Shown: positions 40,738 through 55,656 of the stretch, piece after piece
Layout: every line of letters begins with the position of its first letter
Position numbering within the stretch: the stretch's first letter is position 1
From: Camelus ferus
Lineage: Eukaryota
DNA length: 64,000 bases
Direction of reading: 5' to 3'
Assembly (NCBI RefSeq): GCF_009834535.1
Contig: NC_045697.1
Span: 35,032,001-35,096,000, forward strand
Translations under genes and position numbers: made by a program
The notes under the pieces: model-generated
What the model was told of the DNA's origin: nothing
Seen by the model: the letters and a program-made list of their open reading frames with translations, nothing else
Databases searched by the model: none

Positions 40738-42955
40738 CTACCAAGAACAAAATTCCATTAGCAAACCTCAAAACCTGCCAAACGGTTTTATCATCTAAAA
40801 CTTAAAACTCAGAACTTAAAAAATACTTCCTCTCAATTGGTTTGTAGGAAATATGAAGACAGGAACCAAGGTTCACTTTTTGTGCTATATTCATCCTTAT
40901 GCTGGTCTATGTTCGCTTGTTTAAATTCACATATCAATCTATTAACATCAGTTGGTATTTTTACTACAATTCAGAATAAGTTTGATCGTAATTCAAATGC
41001 TGTACTTAAGAAAACATAGATTGACATCAGAATTACATTTAAAAAAATTCTTTAATTTTTAAAATGCCATGTGTTATTCTACAATCAATCAAAACCTATG
41101 TCCAATCACGTAACACCTTAGCACTATCTCATGTTTATTTAGTCCTTTGCTATCATGGGAAAGGACATGATTTAGCTCTATCATTCCTTTCATGCTGCTG
41201 AGGTTACAGTTACACATAAGACGACTGTGAAGAAAGAAACACAACGAATCAAGATGGAATCAGTTTAACAGAAATAATTCTTGAAAGCGAGAATTAGATT
41301 AAATTTAGGAATAACTTCATAAATGAGGTGTGTCTAGAAAAAAAGTGTCAAACTAACACATAAGGCCTTAAAAGAGAGTTTAAGTCCAAATAAATCATAG
41401 GAGAGGCTGTATATAATTACCGTTTAAAGATATCAAAACTATATGAGGACATGAATGTAGTATTAGTTAAAGAATTTTGACAGAACTTAAAGCAATGAAT
41501 GATAAATAAGGAAATCATGAAAGATGGCTGCAGTAGTGAAGGTACAAAGTTCTATTAATAAGAGTTTTTGTTTGGGGCTGAACAGGATTATTTCTGTGAT
41601 TGACCATCAAGACGTGTGTGTCAGAGATAGAAACAGCCTGAATGAATAAAGATAAGTAGGTAATATTAAAAATATGCCATAAATACACGCTTGGGCAGCT
41701 GGTAAGATGGAATTGTCCTCAGTGACAGAGGAGGAAAGCTGTGTGATTTGGGTGAAAGGAGGTATCACAGTCTTTACCCTGCTGAACTCAGTTCTGGTCG
41801 TCACTAAGCCAACCTTCAACTGACAGTGAGACTGAGAAGAAAATGTATTACAGCTCGACAGACTTGGGAGTAAGCCATGAAGCAGCAGCAGCTGCAACAG
41901 CAGCTGCAACAGCACATCAGAAACACCCACGGGGTCAGATCAGGGGTCTCTAGCCCAGTATTCTGTCCCTGATGGTGGCACCAAAGGAGATACTGTGCAG
42001 AAGAAGCTTGACTGACTCCATGCTGCTGACGTTAAAGGTTATTTCAACATCCCTTAAACCCATGGATTTACATCTATCTGTGTGACTTGGGGGATACGTG
42101 CACGAAGAGAATGATGTGGCCTGGCTAATTTAAGGCAGGGGAACTAATTAACCTTCCTCAGAGACAGCAGACAGGTCTGCAGATTTACAGTGTATCTTTG
42201 CTTTGTTTGCTTGCTTTATTTCTAAGTAAATAAGATGTAGACATTACAATTCCAAATGCTAGGAGTAGGGGACAAAATAAGCAGACTTTAGAATCTTTCT
42301 TTCTGCTGAAATAAATTAATTAGTAAGTGAACATTACAGGGGAAAGAAGCAAAGTAAATAGCAAAGCAAATTGTCAACACTGTTCAGATGTTTGCTCCTT
42401 TACTAGGCTCCCCTATCCCTGCCCCTTGTAGATGCAATTTCATTTGGATAGTGGGTATGGGCCGCCATCCACAGAGATGTAGGTGAATTAAACTGAGGTG
42501 GGAGGACATAGAGCAGAATTGAATGAGAGAGTTTTTAATGGCTTTCCCAAGGAACAGCTTTATAAAAAATTAAGTTTCTTTTTCCTGCCTAGTGCTGACA
42601 GAACTTTGTAACTGTGCAATCTAATTCACAGCAAGAGACAGACTGGGAAGGGATGACTTTATCTCATGGTGCAAAGTTTCAAAATAACCCTCTTCTTCTC
42701 ACAATCCTAAAAGAGACCAATACCATTCAGTCTTTCACTGCAACCTGCAACAGTTGAGGCTTGGTAGTGTGAGGGTGTGTGAGACGCTAGCGGTTTTCAA
42801 GGAGGTAGAAAGGGTTGCTAGAATGATCTAATGACTGTTTACTCATCATGAACGTAGGACTGAGTGATGAGTGACCAGCAACCAGTAAACATCTTTCAAT
42901 ATGGTCAAGTATTACTGCTCTGTGATGGTCTCTGTACTTGGTTTTCCATTTAGGG

Positions 42956-43157
42956 CAGGGGGCCAGCAAACTAGGGCTCAAGGGCCAAGTCCAGCCGGGA
43001 GCCTATGGGAACAGTCATTCCCACTTCTTCATCCGTTGCCTTGGCTGCGTGTGCCCTACAGTGGCAGAGATGAGCAGTTGTGACACAGACCACATGGCTC
43101 ACAAATCTGAAAATATTTACTAGCTGGTCCTTAAAAAAAAAGTTTGCCGACCCCCTC
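42956..43157. mobile_element. MER58A-like hAT element
   Basis: caggggccagcaaacta...agtttgccgacccc terminal inverted repeats; gagcagttgtgacacagacc. Confidence 0.8.
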
Positions 43158-43743
43158 TCTAAAGAGAATCGCCAACCATATCAAAAAAGCAGTTTTTCAA
43201 AAGGCCATTGTCTCAACTTAGAATTACCTTTGGGAGCTAGTACTTAAGTTTGGTTGTCATGTTATTGATTCATTTTAGAGCCTAACAGAGGAAAAAGAGA
43301 AAAATCTGAACATTACGGGCTCTGCAATAAGAGAAAAAAGTGAAAATGGGACCTGGTCACCACTTTAGGTGCGAAAGAAATGACTGTAGGAGTTAACACT
43401 ATGATTAACTGCCTAGTGGGTGTCATCAGACACTAATATTGCCATAGGTTAAGGGATAATGTGTTATATTAAGTCCAAGAAATATTACTAGATGGAAAGG
43501 CAAGGAATTTAAAAATAGGATTTGTAGGGAAATCGAGAAGAACTTTAAAAGTTAAAACATGAGTGGGGAGAATGTGTTTAACAAAACATAAAAGACAAAA
43601 TGGGAGTTCAGACAGTAATCAAATAAAGGATTAAAATGTCTTTGTTACTACTTTTTTAGTGATAGTGGTAACAAGGGTGGATTAGAAATTTAAAGAGACT
43701 GAAAGAGATAAAAATTAATGTAGCAAACAGTAATTCTCATTTA

Positions 43744-44007
<264 letters not shown>

Positions 44008-44761
44008 TTATCAGTTTATAAATGGAGAAAAGAATATGCAGATGATTCAGGAAAAAAACACAGCTAGCAAGCAGTAAAGGTTCTCTGTAGTTAGAAAACA
44101 AGCATAACAACCACCTAACTAATAAACATTATTTAAGTAAATTATTTATAATTGTTTCAAATAAAATGAAATATACATAATTTAAAATATTTAACCATTG
44201 ATAATATTTAATTATTGAAAATAATAAATAATATTGACATTATTAAATAACCAAGTATTAGTTATTTGGGGAGGCCTATAAAATTAACAAAAAATTTTCT
44301 TTCATTTAATATCATATACTAACAAGAGTCTTAGAAAACAGACATTTTCATATACCACAGTTGGTTTTGCTTGTTCCCAGCTTTTTATGCTACTTCAGGA
44401 TGCACATACACACACAGATAAACGTTTAAAATTTTTCTATAATAAAATGTGTGAAGTTTCGAAAATCCTGGTTCCTACAGAGGCTTGATACAATTTAATT
44501 CTACTGTATTTTCCCCTAGTTATTCAATGATTTTATTTATTTATTTAAAATATCTAACCTTTTATACACTGGTATTTATTTTGGTCTGTATTTCAAAGTG
44601 AAGCTGTTAGTTAATTTATTTTACCCAAATTGTTCTTCAGTTGGTCCAACAAAATAATTCTTACATAGAAAAGAATTTGGATGTTTTAAGAGTTTGGGGG
44701 GGTAGTCAGTATTCATTATAGTGGCAATGGATTTATTACTTACTTTTAGAGATTTTATATA

Positions 44762-45370
44762 CAGTCAGTCTTCTCGTTGCTTGGTTCCAATATGCATGAA
44801 TTTCAGTTACCACAATTTAGTTAAGTAATACTAGTCCCCAACAATGTGGTTCACTTTTCAGTTACTACATATTAACTGTAAGTAATTGTCCAGCCAAGCT
44901 TCCCTGTTAGCTCTTCAGTCTACAAATCATGATGTAAATAGCAGATGTGTATCATAACCAGTGACTCAATCACATCACTTTTTTCTGTTATTTAGTTCAC
45001 ATGTACATGGCAAAGTGTGTGGCTATGTTGCTTCCTTGTCTCCAGGGATAAACTCAGGTGACATTCTACAAAAATGGATAGTCAAAAGAGGAAACTGGCC
45101 AACACAGGTGAAAGGACAACAAAGAAAGAAAAAGTGAATACTGGACGTGAAATTGGAATCAAACATGAATGGAGTTACAGGAGAAACAGCTGACCCGGGA
45201 ATGCTGACACTGCTGTCCTTGAAGAATCCAAACATGCAGCCAGAGGAACTCAGGGAGGGCAAACTTATGGGCATAAATGAGGAAAGTGTTTGTGATAAAA
45301 AGGATGAAGACCTCCCAGAGGAAGTAATGCAGGAAAAAAAAACTCTCAGAGATATTTGCATATATTCGTA
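44762..45370. mobile_element. Old TcMar-Tigger-like DNA transposon remnant
   Basis: Starts TA|CAGTC; acidic decayed ORF 45147..45389 (EESVCDKKDEDLPEEV) resembles Tigger remnants; subfamily uncertain. Confidence 0.5.
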
Positions 45371-45985
45371 TATAGTAACTATATATTAATTGAGAGAGAA
45401 TATCCAATTTGGTCATCGAAGACCTATAATGCAGATACTAACATCTAAAAAAAAGTCCTCTTATAAAAAACATGTAGATACTTCCTTGCAAATGAAAGAA
45501 GGTTGCCATAAAATACATCCATCCTCTTGGAAGGAAGTCCCCAACAATAAGGGGAAAAATGTGGGTTACAAGCAGTGCTGGGGGTGACACGGGGGTGAGA
45601 CGAGGGACCGTTTCAGAAAAGCTACTCATACATTATTCCCCTCCGTGCCCTCAGTTCCCAAGAGATTTGCAGGTTTTCTTTTTTGTTGAACCAGACTCTG
45701 GAAAAAAGAGCATTTGCCTAACTTCATAAACCAATCACATCCACACACATCTGGGGTAACTAGGATTTATCTATCACTCGTAGAATAAGCATAAGGCCTC
45801 ATCACTGACAACAAACTAGATGGATCCAGGATGACTTTTGTTATCTCTACTGGTTCCGCAGCACTTTAAAGGGTAAAACTGAGCATGTGGAAGGAATCAT
45901 TGCATTAAGAACTACAGGACATGGTAACGGGCGAACTCCAGAAGAGAAAATAAGGAAACGAGCAAGAATCAACCCTCTATATTTA

Positions 45986-46255
<270 letters not shown>

Positions 46256-46667
46256 TTAAATGACACTAATGTATTGTTGCTGTAAAAGAAGGAGCTCTGA
46301 TTTCAACATACTCTTCTCCCTGGTGCTTAGCTTCAGCATACTGGAGAAAATGTGTAAAAATTATGTGCACAACTGAAATCAATTTGAAGGGAAGACAAAT
46401 GCAGTGAATAGTATCATGTGAGAAAATATTTAACCCAGAAGACTTTTAACCTGAAAACGTACAGATATTGTTAAAAAAAAAAAAGGTATTCATTTTTCTA
46501 TCACTCTGTGCACTGGAATAACCAGGCAAATATATACATTCGTAGGCAAATACGTGCATTTATGTATTTATATATGGAAATATATACCTTTTAGATTTGA
46601 TCATAAATTTTCATAAATGAATATCAAACTGTATCACAAAACGATTTATTTATTCCAGTTAACACTA

Positions 46668-46880
<213 letters not shown>

Positions 46881-47329
46881 TCAGAAAATTGCCTTTTTTC
46901 ATGCAAAAAAACACCTCATGAAATAACACTGGGGCATGGGAGGAAGGAAGACAGAAGAAAATCTTTCTGTCTGACATTTTTAAAACTAGTCCAGGCATTG
47001 GAGCTCGCTTTAATACCAAATTTCCAAGTGCCACCCATTCACTTCTGAGATCAACTGGCTGTCCTATTTTCTATGAAGCTTATTTCAAACCCCTTCCGTC
47101 CCGTCCTCAACTCTCCTACCCTGATACCATGTACCCCTCTCTAGGCAGATGATTTGTCTCCCACTTCACGTCAACTTTCCTGAATCTCTCACTACAAAAC
47201 CCACTGATCTATCTATATCTGCACCTCTTCTTCCTCTCCTTTGCACTTGTTACAGCTGAGGGGGTGCTGGTGTTCTATCTGTTAGAAGCCTGCCTGCTCT
47301 TGCATTATCGGGAAAGTACACTATCAATT

Positions 47330-47950
47330 ATCCCTTCTTTTTCTTGCATCTGCAACATTTCCCTTCTAACTGAATATCTGATTCCCATTAACTATACTCA
47401 AGTATCTTAGTGGAATAAGCCCTCCCCATAATACTTCCCTCTCACTCATCAGTGACCACAATGCTCAGAACAGTGGGCATTTTTCTTGCATCCTATTTTG
47501 ACTTTTCAGCAGCATGGGACACTGTCAGATATTCCTTCTTCCCCAAAACACTCCCTTTCTTGCATACATCTGTGCCACTGTTGGCTGTGTCATCTCTGCC
47601 CGCATTTCAGATCTACCGTCCTTTACCTGCATATCAAATGTTAGACTACTTCAGGGCAAATTCCTAGCCTGCCTTTTCTTATCACTATGTATTCTCTCCC
47701 AAAGCAATTTCATGTATTCACATGGCTTCAGTTACCACTGAGACCACATCATCCACTAATATGAAGCTTCACTTCTCTGAACTTAGACCCTCAGTCTAAG
47801 TTTGACACTTCTCCTTGGATGTTAAAAAGATGCCTCCGATTTGCCATGTTCAAACCAAATACACTTTTCCCCTCAAACTTGATATGTTTAGTGTTTCTTT
47901 TCTCAGCAAATGATCTTCTCTCCATCTGTATCACACCATCTCAGCCCAAG
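47330..47950 (+). mobile_element. L2 LINE fragment
   Basis: tttcagcagcatgggacactg, catggcttcagttaccac, catgttcaaaccaaa. Confidence 0.65.
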
Positions 47951-49006
47951 CTGTCATTATTTACGACACCAGTGGTCCCTAAAATGAGTATATGCATCCC
48001 AGTGGGTGTGTAAGATAGTTCACTGAAATACAGGGAAAAAATAAAACTTTAATTTCTACTTTTGTTATGTAAATAAGATTAAAGTTTTAAGCTTTACTCC
48101 TTTTTTTTTATGACATAATGCTGGCACCCTCCCTTAGTCTAAGTATCAGGTGGCCACTTCACACAGTCACAGAAGACATCTTGATGGGAGTGGGAAAGTT
48201 CTACAATGTACTGGGGTTCCCAGAGGTGTCCCCACATATTCAGTCTTTCAGTAGACGGCAATTTGCATGATTTGATTAAGTGGATTAATGGATGACTTTA
48301 TCTAGCTTTAACTAAACTAGCTTTGAAAGTTAAAAAGATTCCTGAAAAGAAATACAGATTGAAGATAATTCTAATAAAGTAAGCCTGTAGAAGATGACAA
48401 CAACAAAATAGCATCACTGACATTTTTTCTACTTTCAGTATGAGAGTTCCAGTGAGGAAAAAACTTAATTTCAGAAATGAACTTGTTCAATGGAGAGAAT
48501 ACTTTTAAAAATGGTATTTAAGAAAATGTCCTTCATTACGGGATTTTTGTTGCTGAAAACCATGCTAAGTACATCATCTATAAAAACACTCACCTCTGCT
48601 CACTTTAAAAATCTGGCAATAATTATTAACCTATCTTAGAAATTCTACAAATGAAAAACTTCAATAACTTTCCAACTCATTTGTTAACTACATATATATA
48701 TATATCTAATGGTTTGATTATGTCAAGGACTAGCATAGTAATTTAAAGAAATGAAAGGAAATATAACACCTATTTCTCCTTTTTGTATCCTCCAGTGTCA
48801 TTAGTCTGATGGGTAATTCATTTGCAAAATATTTTTTAAAAATCTGAAAATTTAATGTCTAAAGGGTGAGTAGGAGTTTACTAGTGAATAACAGGGCCAA
48901 AGAAGTAGGAAATAACATTTATTTTAATTTGTCTTTTAACTAGGAATATGAGCCTAGGAATTCTGACTTCAGAAATTGTGCCCTAAAACAGTTTTTTTTT
49001 AAATTA

Positions 49007-49132
<126 letters not shown>

Positions 49133-49176
49133 CTAGAAAAAAAAATCAATTAAATCCTTATAATTTTCTACTACTA

Positions 49177-49482
49177 TGGGCACACCTTAGAGATATTGCA
49201 GGTTTGGTTCCAGACCACAATAAAGCAAGTCACACAAATTTTCTGGTTTCCCAGTGCATATAAAAGTTATGTACACACTATATTGCAGTCTATTAACTGT
49301 CTAATAGCATTATGCCTAAGAAAACAATGTACAACCTTAACTAAAAAAAAGTACTTTATTGCTTAAAAAATGCTAACCATCATCTGACAACCCAGGGTCG
49401 CCACCTTGTTTTTAATTTGTAAAAAAAATGCAGTATCTGAGAAGCACAATAAAGCCACGTGCAATAACATAAGGTCTGCCTG
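49177..49482 (-). mobile_element. Internally deleted Tigger1-type element (Tigger1a_Art-like)
   Basis: Both Tigger1 ends are present (gagatattgcaggtttggttccagaccac...; ...gcacaataaag...aggtctgcctg) and flanked by TA. Confidence 0.85.
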
Positions 49483-49517
49483 TATATATCAGGTATCATG
49501 TTAAGAATTACACAAAT

Positions 49518-49787
49518 GGGGGGAGAGGAGTGGGAAGGGATAAATTGGGAGTTTGAGATTTGCAGATAATAACTACTATGTATAAAATAGACAAACAACA
49601 AGTTTCTACTGTATAGCACAGGGAACTATAGTCAATATCTTGTGGTAATCGATAATGAAAAAAATCTGAAGAGGAATATATGTATGTATATGTATGACTA
49701 AAGCATTATGCTGTACACTAGAAATTAACATAACATTGTAAACTGACTCTGCTTCAATAAAAATTTTTTTAAAAATACAAATATAAA
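49518..49787 (+). mobile_element. 5'-truncated L1 3' end (cetartiodactyl-type)
   Basis: gggataaattgggagtttgagatttgcagat...tatagcacagggaactata; TSD aagaatta(c/t)acaaat at 49503-49517 and 49788-49802. Confidence 0.9.
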
Positions 49788-50489
49788 AAGAATTATACAA
49801 ATAATGGCAGCACAGGTCTATGCCCGCAAGGTGTTGAATCTAGTCGGACAAAAGAAAAATACTTATGAATTAATGTTAAAAAATATGATTATAGATATAT
49901 TAATTTTCAAATGATCCGTTTAATACTCAAACCAGCAGGATAGAAGTTTAAACACTCATTTGCCAAAAACAGATTCAAGATTTAAGTGAAGGAAGTCTCA
50001 AAATAATGATGAAAGGAAGCCTGATGATGACAGCTGGCCATGCGGCAGGCCTGGAGAGCAGGGAGATCATACTGGGACTGAGAGAACAGGGCTCCAGGAA
50101 GGTGCTCTCCAAGAAATGCAGTTAACTAGTAAGAGCAACGATCTTTGCGAGGAGCTTTATCATTCTGGTGGAGTGTTGCTATGTGCTGACTAACGCAAGG
50201 GAGTGGGTACGATCCCAGGGGAAGTGATGCAACCAAATGGCGAAAGTTTTCTGAACAACAGCTCGAAAGCATAATCTGCTTTCATTCATCTTATTGACAC
50301 ATTTATACTTGTCTAATTATCATCAGTCCTGTGCTCCTGTAAACAGAAATATATTCATTTAATTTAAATAATCCTTATTTCTTCACTGTCAGAAATAATT
50401 ATGGGTCATTGATATTGTCATGGTTTTAGTTCAAAGAGAGCTCTATGAATATTCTGGAACCAAAGTGTTTTTTCCTAAACTGAGAAGGT

Positions 50490-51015
50490 AACTCTACCTA
50501 TGCTTATCCAGGGCTGATGACCCAAAAGAGAATGTGACCAAAACCATGGATTTGCTTCCTCAGGCCACAGCTGATCCCCTTCAAATAAACCTTCCATTAC
50601 TGCAGAGGCTAGAAAGCTAAAAGTATTTCTTAGGATGCCTGTGAACTTCAGGATGGGGCTTAGACCCAGCCATGTGATACACTCATGTGAGTCTCTGGGA
50701 ACCGGAGTATGAGGGGGTGGGGAGGAGCACAGGCAGGAAGGGATGTATTTCACTGGGTGGGATGGCGGGAGCAGCATGCTTCTAGCTTGTCTAATTCAGT
50801 TAGGCTTCCTAATTTGGCAGCTTTTCGACTGTGGCAGAGGCAGCAGCTTCCTTGGTGGCCCAATGCTATAGTTTCCTCTGGTTTTCTATTTATTCCAGAA
50901 CCAGTTTCTTCAGTCCTATTAGTCATTCTGTGAACTCTCTAGATTCCTTAAAAGATCTCTTTGGGCTCAACCAGCCAGAATGGATTCTAGTGTCTGTACC
51001 TGAGAACCTAGATTA
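50490..51015. mobile_element. Old ERVL/MaLR-type LTR remnant
   Basis: End motif ttgggctcaaccagccagaatggattctagtgtctg resembles LTR16/LTR33/MLT 3' ends. Confidence 0.45.
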
Positions 51016-51311
51016 ATGCAGATTATGAGAATTATGTTCCAAAATCTTTCAAGATACGCAAGAACTAATTAGTAAATGGACTAACAGGACTATGAGACAC
51101 TTTCTCAACCTTTCCTAAATTAAGTGCTTCCACTCGTGGGTGTCCTTTCCTTCTCCAAGTGTGTAGCTCAGTGATTTAAATTTTATTTTGCATACACACA
51201 AAAACCATTAGCATCATTTAGTTTTTACTTTTTTAAGCATATTTTTATTTTTCACTATTCAATATTAATAAATGTTTTGTTATCATGCTTTTAGGTATGT
51301 AACAAATTTTA

Positions 51312-51497
<186 letters not shown>

Positions 51498-51676
51498 TTA
51501 GTCATAATAAGATAACGAAATTAACAAAACAGTAGCAAAATATCCTTCCAATTCTTTATAACATGTCAAGAGAATTCATATTCCTTCTCAAGGTATTTAT
51601 AATGTTAACTAAAATTCCATAGAGTGATTTTTTACCAAGATGTTATTTTAAATACACTTCAAAACAAAGGCACTCA

Positions 51677-51817
<141 letters not shown>

Positions 51818-54125
51818 TTATTACACACAATAATTTAAGATCAATTATATTCTTTGTCAACAGCTAAAAGCCTTCTCCCTTCCCTTTCTCATTCACTCTA
51901 AAACAGGTTTAATTTGTAAGTATATATATTTTCATACAGTAAGTATATATTTGGTATATGGTAAGTACAGATAGCTAAAAAGCAACCATAAATAAGGCAA
52001 CTCTGAGTCATTCTTTATATTCTCAAAACAAAATAGTAAAATACTAGAATTATATTACTATTTCTAAGAATTTGAAAATTATACACACTTCAACTTACCT
52101 GATGGTAAATAGGTCACAAAACAATACTGACATAATGGTGAAAGGATTATTCATCTTCACCATAATTCACTGCAGCCCATTTACAGTTAAAATTTAGGAC
52201 ACCAAATGTTGTTACAGATATTTGCACTTATGAAATAATGCAAAACATTATTGAGTGATTATCCTTAAAAGAAGGACTACAGAATGGTGGGTTAAGAGCA
52301 TGTACTCTGAAATCAGGAATGACTGGCCAAACCCCATCCTTGGACACTGTTATACTGCTTGGTGACACAATTTTTGCATCTCTAACATGGAGATAACATG
52401 GTACCTATCTCACAGACTAAGGAAGTATGAAAAACAGTGAGAACACTGGCCTGGTATCTGTTAATGCTCACTAAGTGCCAGGGGTTTACCTTTCATTTTT
52501 TATTTAGAATTAGAACATAATTATTTAAAATTAGAAAAGTATTCCACTTCAATCACAATTTGATCAGCAACCCTTTTCTTCATACTAGCTATGATAAAAA
52601 GTGAAGTTCTCAAATGACAAGAGTTACAGAATGAGATTTAATTATAAATTTTGAAAATGTAGCTAATAATCACCTTTAGTAGGAAAAACTATGTGTCTAT
52701 CAGTTCTAGGATACATTTAGTGGTATAAATGAGCATTTATTTAATTTGGTTTGAGGGATTTCTTGTTGTTAAACAAGTATTTTATATATAGCAATGGACA
52801 AAAGGGAGTTTTAAAATTCTAAGTATTTTAGCTACTTCTATTTTATGTTTTCTCAAATTATAGAATAATAGACATCTACTACGTATGACTAAAAGCAATG
52901 CAAAAAGATTACCACTGCGGATTTTTAAAAAAAAAAGGACAACCACTAGAAAATATAATTTTGCACATCTATGTGTATGAAGATTTGATATTTAAATTCT
53001 GAAGAGGATATCAACTACTCAGCTTGTCAGAGTCTCAACATGGAATCCCTCCCTCTACTGACAAATCAGTGATTCCAACTTTCAAATACATTCCCTGAGC
53101 AGCTTTCTATTAACTTGATACTAATACTACAAAGTATGTCACTAATATTAAAAACCAAGCTTTTTGCAGTACTTTCTTTTCTATCATGTAACTTTCATTT
53201 CCATCACTTAAATGCAAGATCTCAGAGTTCAATTAGTTTTATGTGCATTCCAAATAACTGCTTTCATGTTGTTAAAATTATATTTTCAAAATATGAATAC
53301 TAAAAATAATATAAATTATGTATTAAAAATATTAAAAGTCCAATTTCACATAAAATTCTTCTCATATAAATTGTTAACAAAGTATTTGGGTCATCTTATG
53401 TGCTGAGGTAGTTGGCAAGAAATAAAATTTGATTTTCAAACTTTTCAATATGGACTGCTGTGTTTTACAAAGTAGACTTATTTTATGAACAAAACAAAAA
53501 AGTGACAAAATTGATAACTGATGGTTTATTTGGTCACTACAAAGCTACTATACATATCTGAATAATAAAAACATCCCTAGTTACAATTTTGGTCTAATTT
53601 GAATAATCAGATTACATTAATAAAATCCAGTAGTATTAACATAATAATGTTTTGATGTCAGTCAAATATGCTCTTTGGCAGCAATCATTTTAATGTTTCC
53701 TCCTTTTTTTCCTACTGAACAACAAAAAAAGATTTGTTTAAAACTCAAAACAGTAAGATCAAAGTTTTTTAAAATCATATTCAAAATCTGGGTTACTGTC
53801 TCCTTAATTTCATGGGAAAATGTTTTTTAAAGTATCATTTATAACAGCTATAAATTCAACAGAATATTTTAAAATTGAAGATTAGGTTAAAAATCAACGT
53901 TTGGTATCACTGCTACCTCTTAAAATTTATCTTCCCAGGGCCACATTAATATTAAACCTTTGGGAGAATGCTCCTGCTGTGCACTACTCTTCTTCTGCAA
54001 TATGAGAAGCAGGTTTGAATAAATACGTGGGACATGCAATGCAGCAATGGGTAAATGCGGGGGGAAAAAGCCACACTTAAAGGAGATAAAGCAATATTTT
54101 ACTTTGTAACATCAACACGACTCAC

Positions 54126-54170
54126 CTGGAGTGTTTCTATTTGTTTTCTGATACTGTTGTTAGATGGCAT
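54126..54170 (-). CDS. FRYL: FRYL small exon, 45 nt: MPSNNSIRKQIETLQ
   Basis: tttag|ATG...CAG|gtgagt; symmetric phase 0-0. Confidence 0.9.
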
Positions 54171-55629
54171 CTAAATAAAGCAATGTGAGACAGCAAACAT
54201 AAACATGAGATGCAGCACATGCATGTTAGATGAAAATAAGCACAAAACAAGACAGCTCTTCACCAAGGTCTCTATTTAGAAGAAATTTGAAATTTCCAAG
54301 ACAGTGGCTAGAAACACTGAGGGAAAATTTTTTTTCTATAATTTGGGCTTCATGGGATACATCTACAACACTTAAACAGAGAGAGAATAGGTAAATTTTT
54401 AACTATCTAATTTTTCCTCTGAAAACACTGCATTTGATATCAGGCAAGTTTCAATTTCCAAAAGGAAATAAGCATATACTGTAGAAAAAAAATCTTCAGA
54501 TCATTTTTATATGGCATCTACTCTTACTTCTCTCTCTCCCTCTCTCTCAATTATTCTTCAGAAACTTTAGAATCATTTTTCACCTAATGACCTCAACTGA
54601 CATAAAGACAGGAGAAGAGGAAACTACCAAATTACGTATGGGGCGAAAATCATAGATTCAACACTTTCAGTGAAAATAAACTGATAATCTCTCATGGTAT
54701 TTTTGGACCTACAGACTAATGCTCATTTTTCACGGTCACCAACTTGAAAAATTGCAGGGTAATTTTTTAAACATTGTGTAATATCTTAAAGTGTCTTGAA
54801 AATGTGTCATATTTATTCTTATGACTACAGGGAATAATGCCTTTTTAATACCCCAGAACTATAGCCCAAATATTTTAAAAAGTATTCAGTACAGCAACGT
54901 TCCTTATAGTACATTAGTACATTGAAAGGTAACGTGGTAGGCCAGAAAGATCAAAAGTTATGGCACTGGATGGATTTAAATGCAAATCCTATCTCTAACA
55001 CGTTTTGGCTCCCTAACCTTGGGTTACTTATTTATCTTCTTTCAGCCACAGTTACAGTAAGAATTAAATGAGGAATTTTACTTAGAGACTCTAGCCTGTA
55101 GTAAATATTAATAAAAATTCATTTTTATTTTAAGAAGTAGTTGATTTAGGGAATGGAAAAGTGTCATAGATTTTTTTTTTAAATCAAGAGATTACTTGAA
55201 TAATAGCTATCATCTTTGAAAAGCATGAGGTAGAGCCGTAAGTAATGGCAAAGAATAGAGGTAATGACAAAATATTTTTAAATAGTATATAGAACAACGT
55301 ATGTGGTCTATATTTCGGTACGTATCTACATATCCTTACATTTACTTGTATGTTCCATAGATAACACATTAACAACAGCTCTCCTTGGGGTTAAGGATTA
55401 TGTGGGAGATTGTCACTTTTTGCTTCATATGCTTATATAGTGTTTGAATATTTAATAAAAAGGTCACACAACTTCTAAAAAAAAGAGAGATTACTTGAAT
55501 CTCAAAACAAAATCAATTTAGGTTAAGACCTTTATCTTGGACCGTTTTTTCCTATACACAAAACAAGTAAGTTACACCTGTTACAACAGATCACTAGCAT
55601 AGCTTTCCCCTGAATGCTCAACTCCTTAC

Positions 55630-55656
55630 CTCAACTATGCAGCATAGCCACAGTAT
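55630..55656 (-). CDS. FRYL: Candidate alternative FRYL microexon, 27 nt: ILWLCCIVE
   Basis: gttttag|ATACTGTGGCTATGCTGCATAGTTGAG|gtaagg; stop-free, multiple of 3, in a phase-0 intron. Confidence 0.5.

Noticed and set aside
41881..41915. CAG-rich tandem (cagctgcaacag x2) as a polyQ exon or E-box cluster
   Set aside because: Short low-complexity duplication with no supporting splice sites or other evidence.
45023..45416. Overlapping 80-112 aa ORFs as a nested gene
   Set aside because: They lie in a decayed DNA-transposon-like remnant, with no coherent splice or promoter context.
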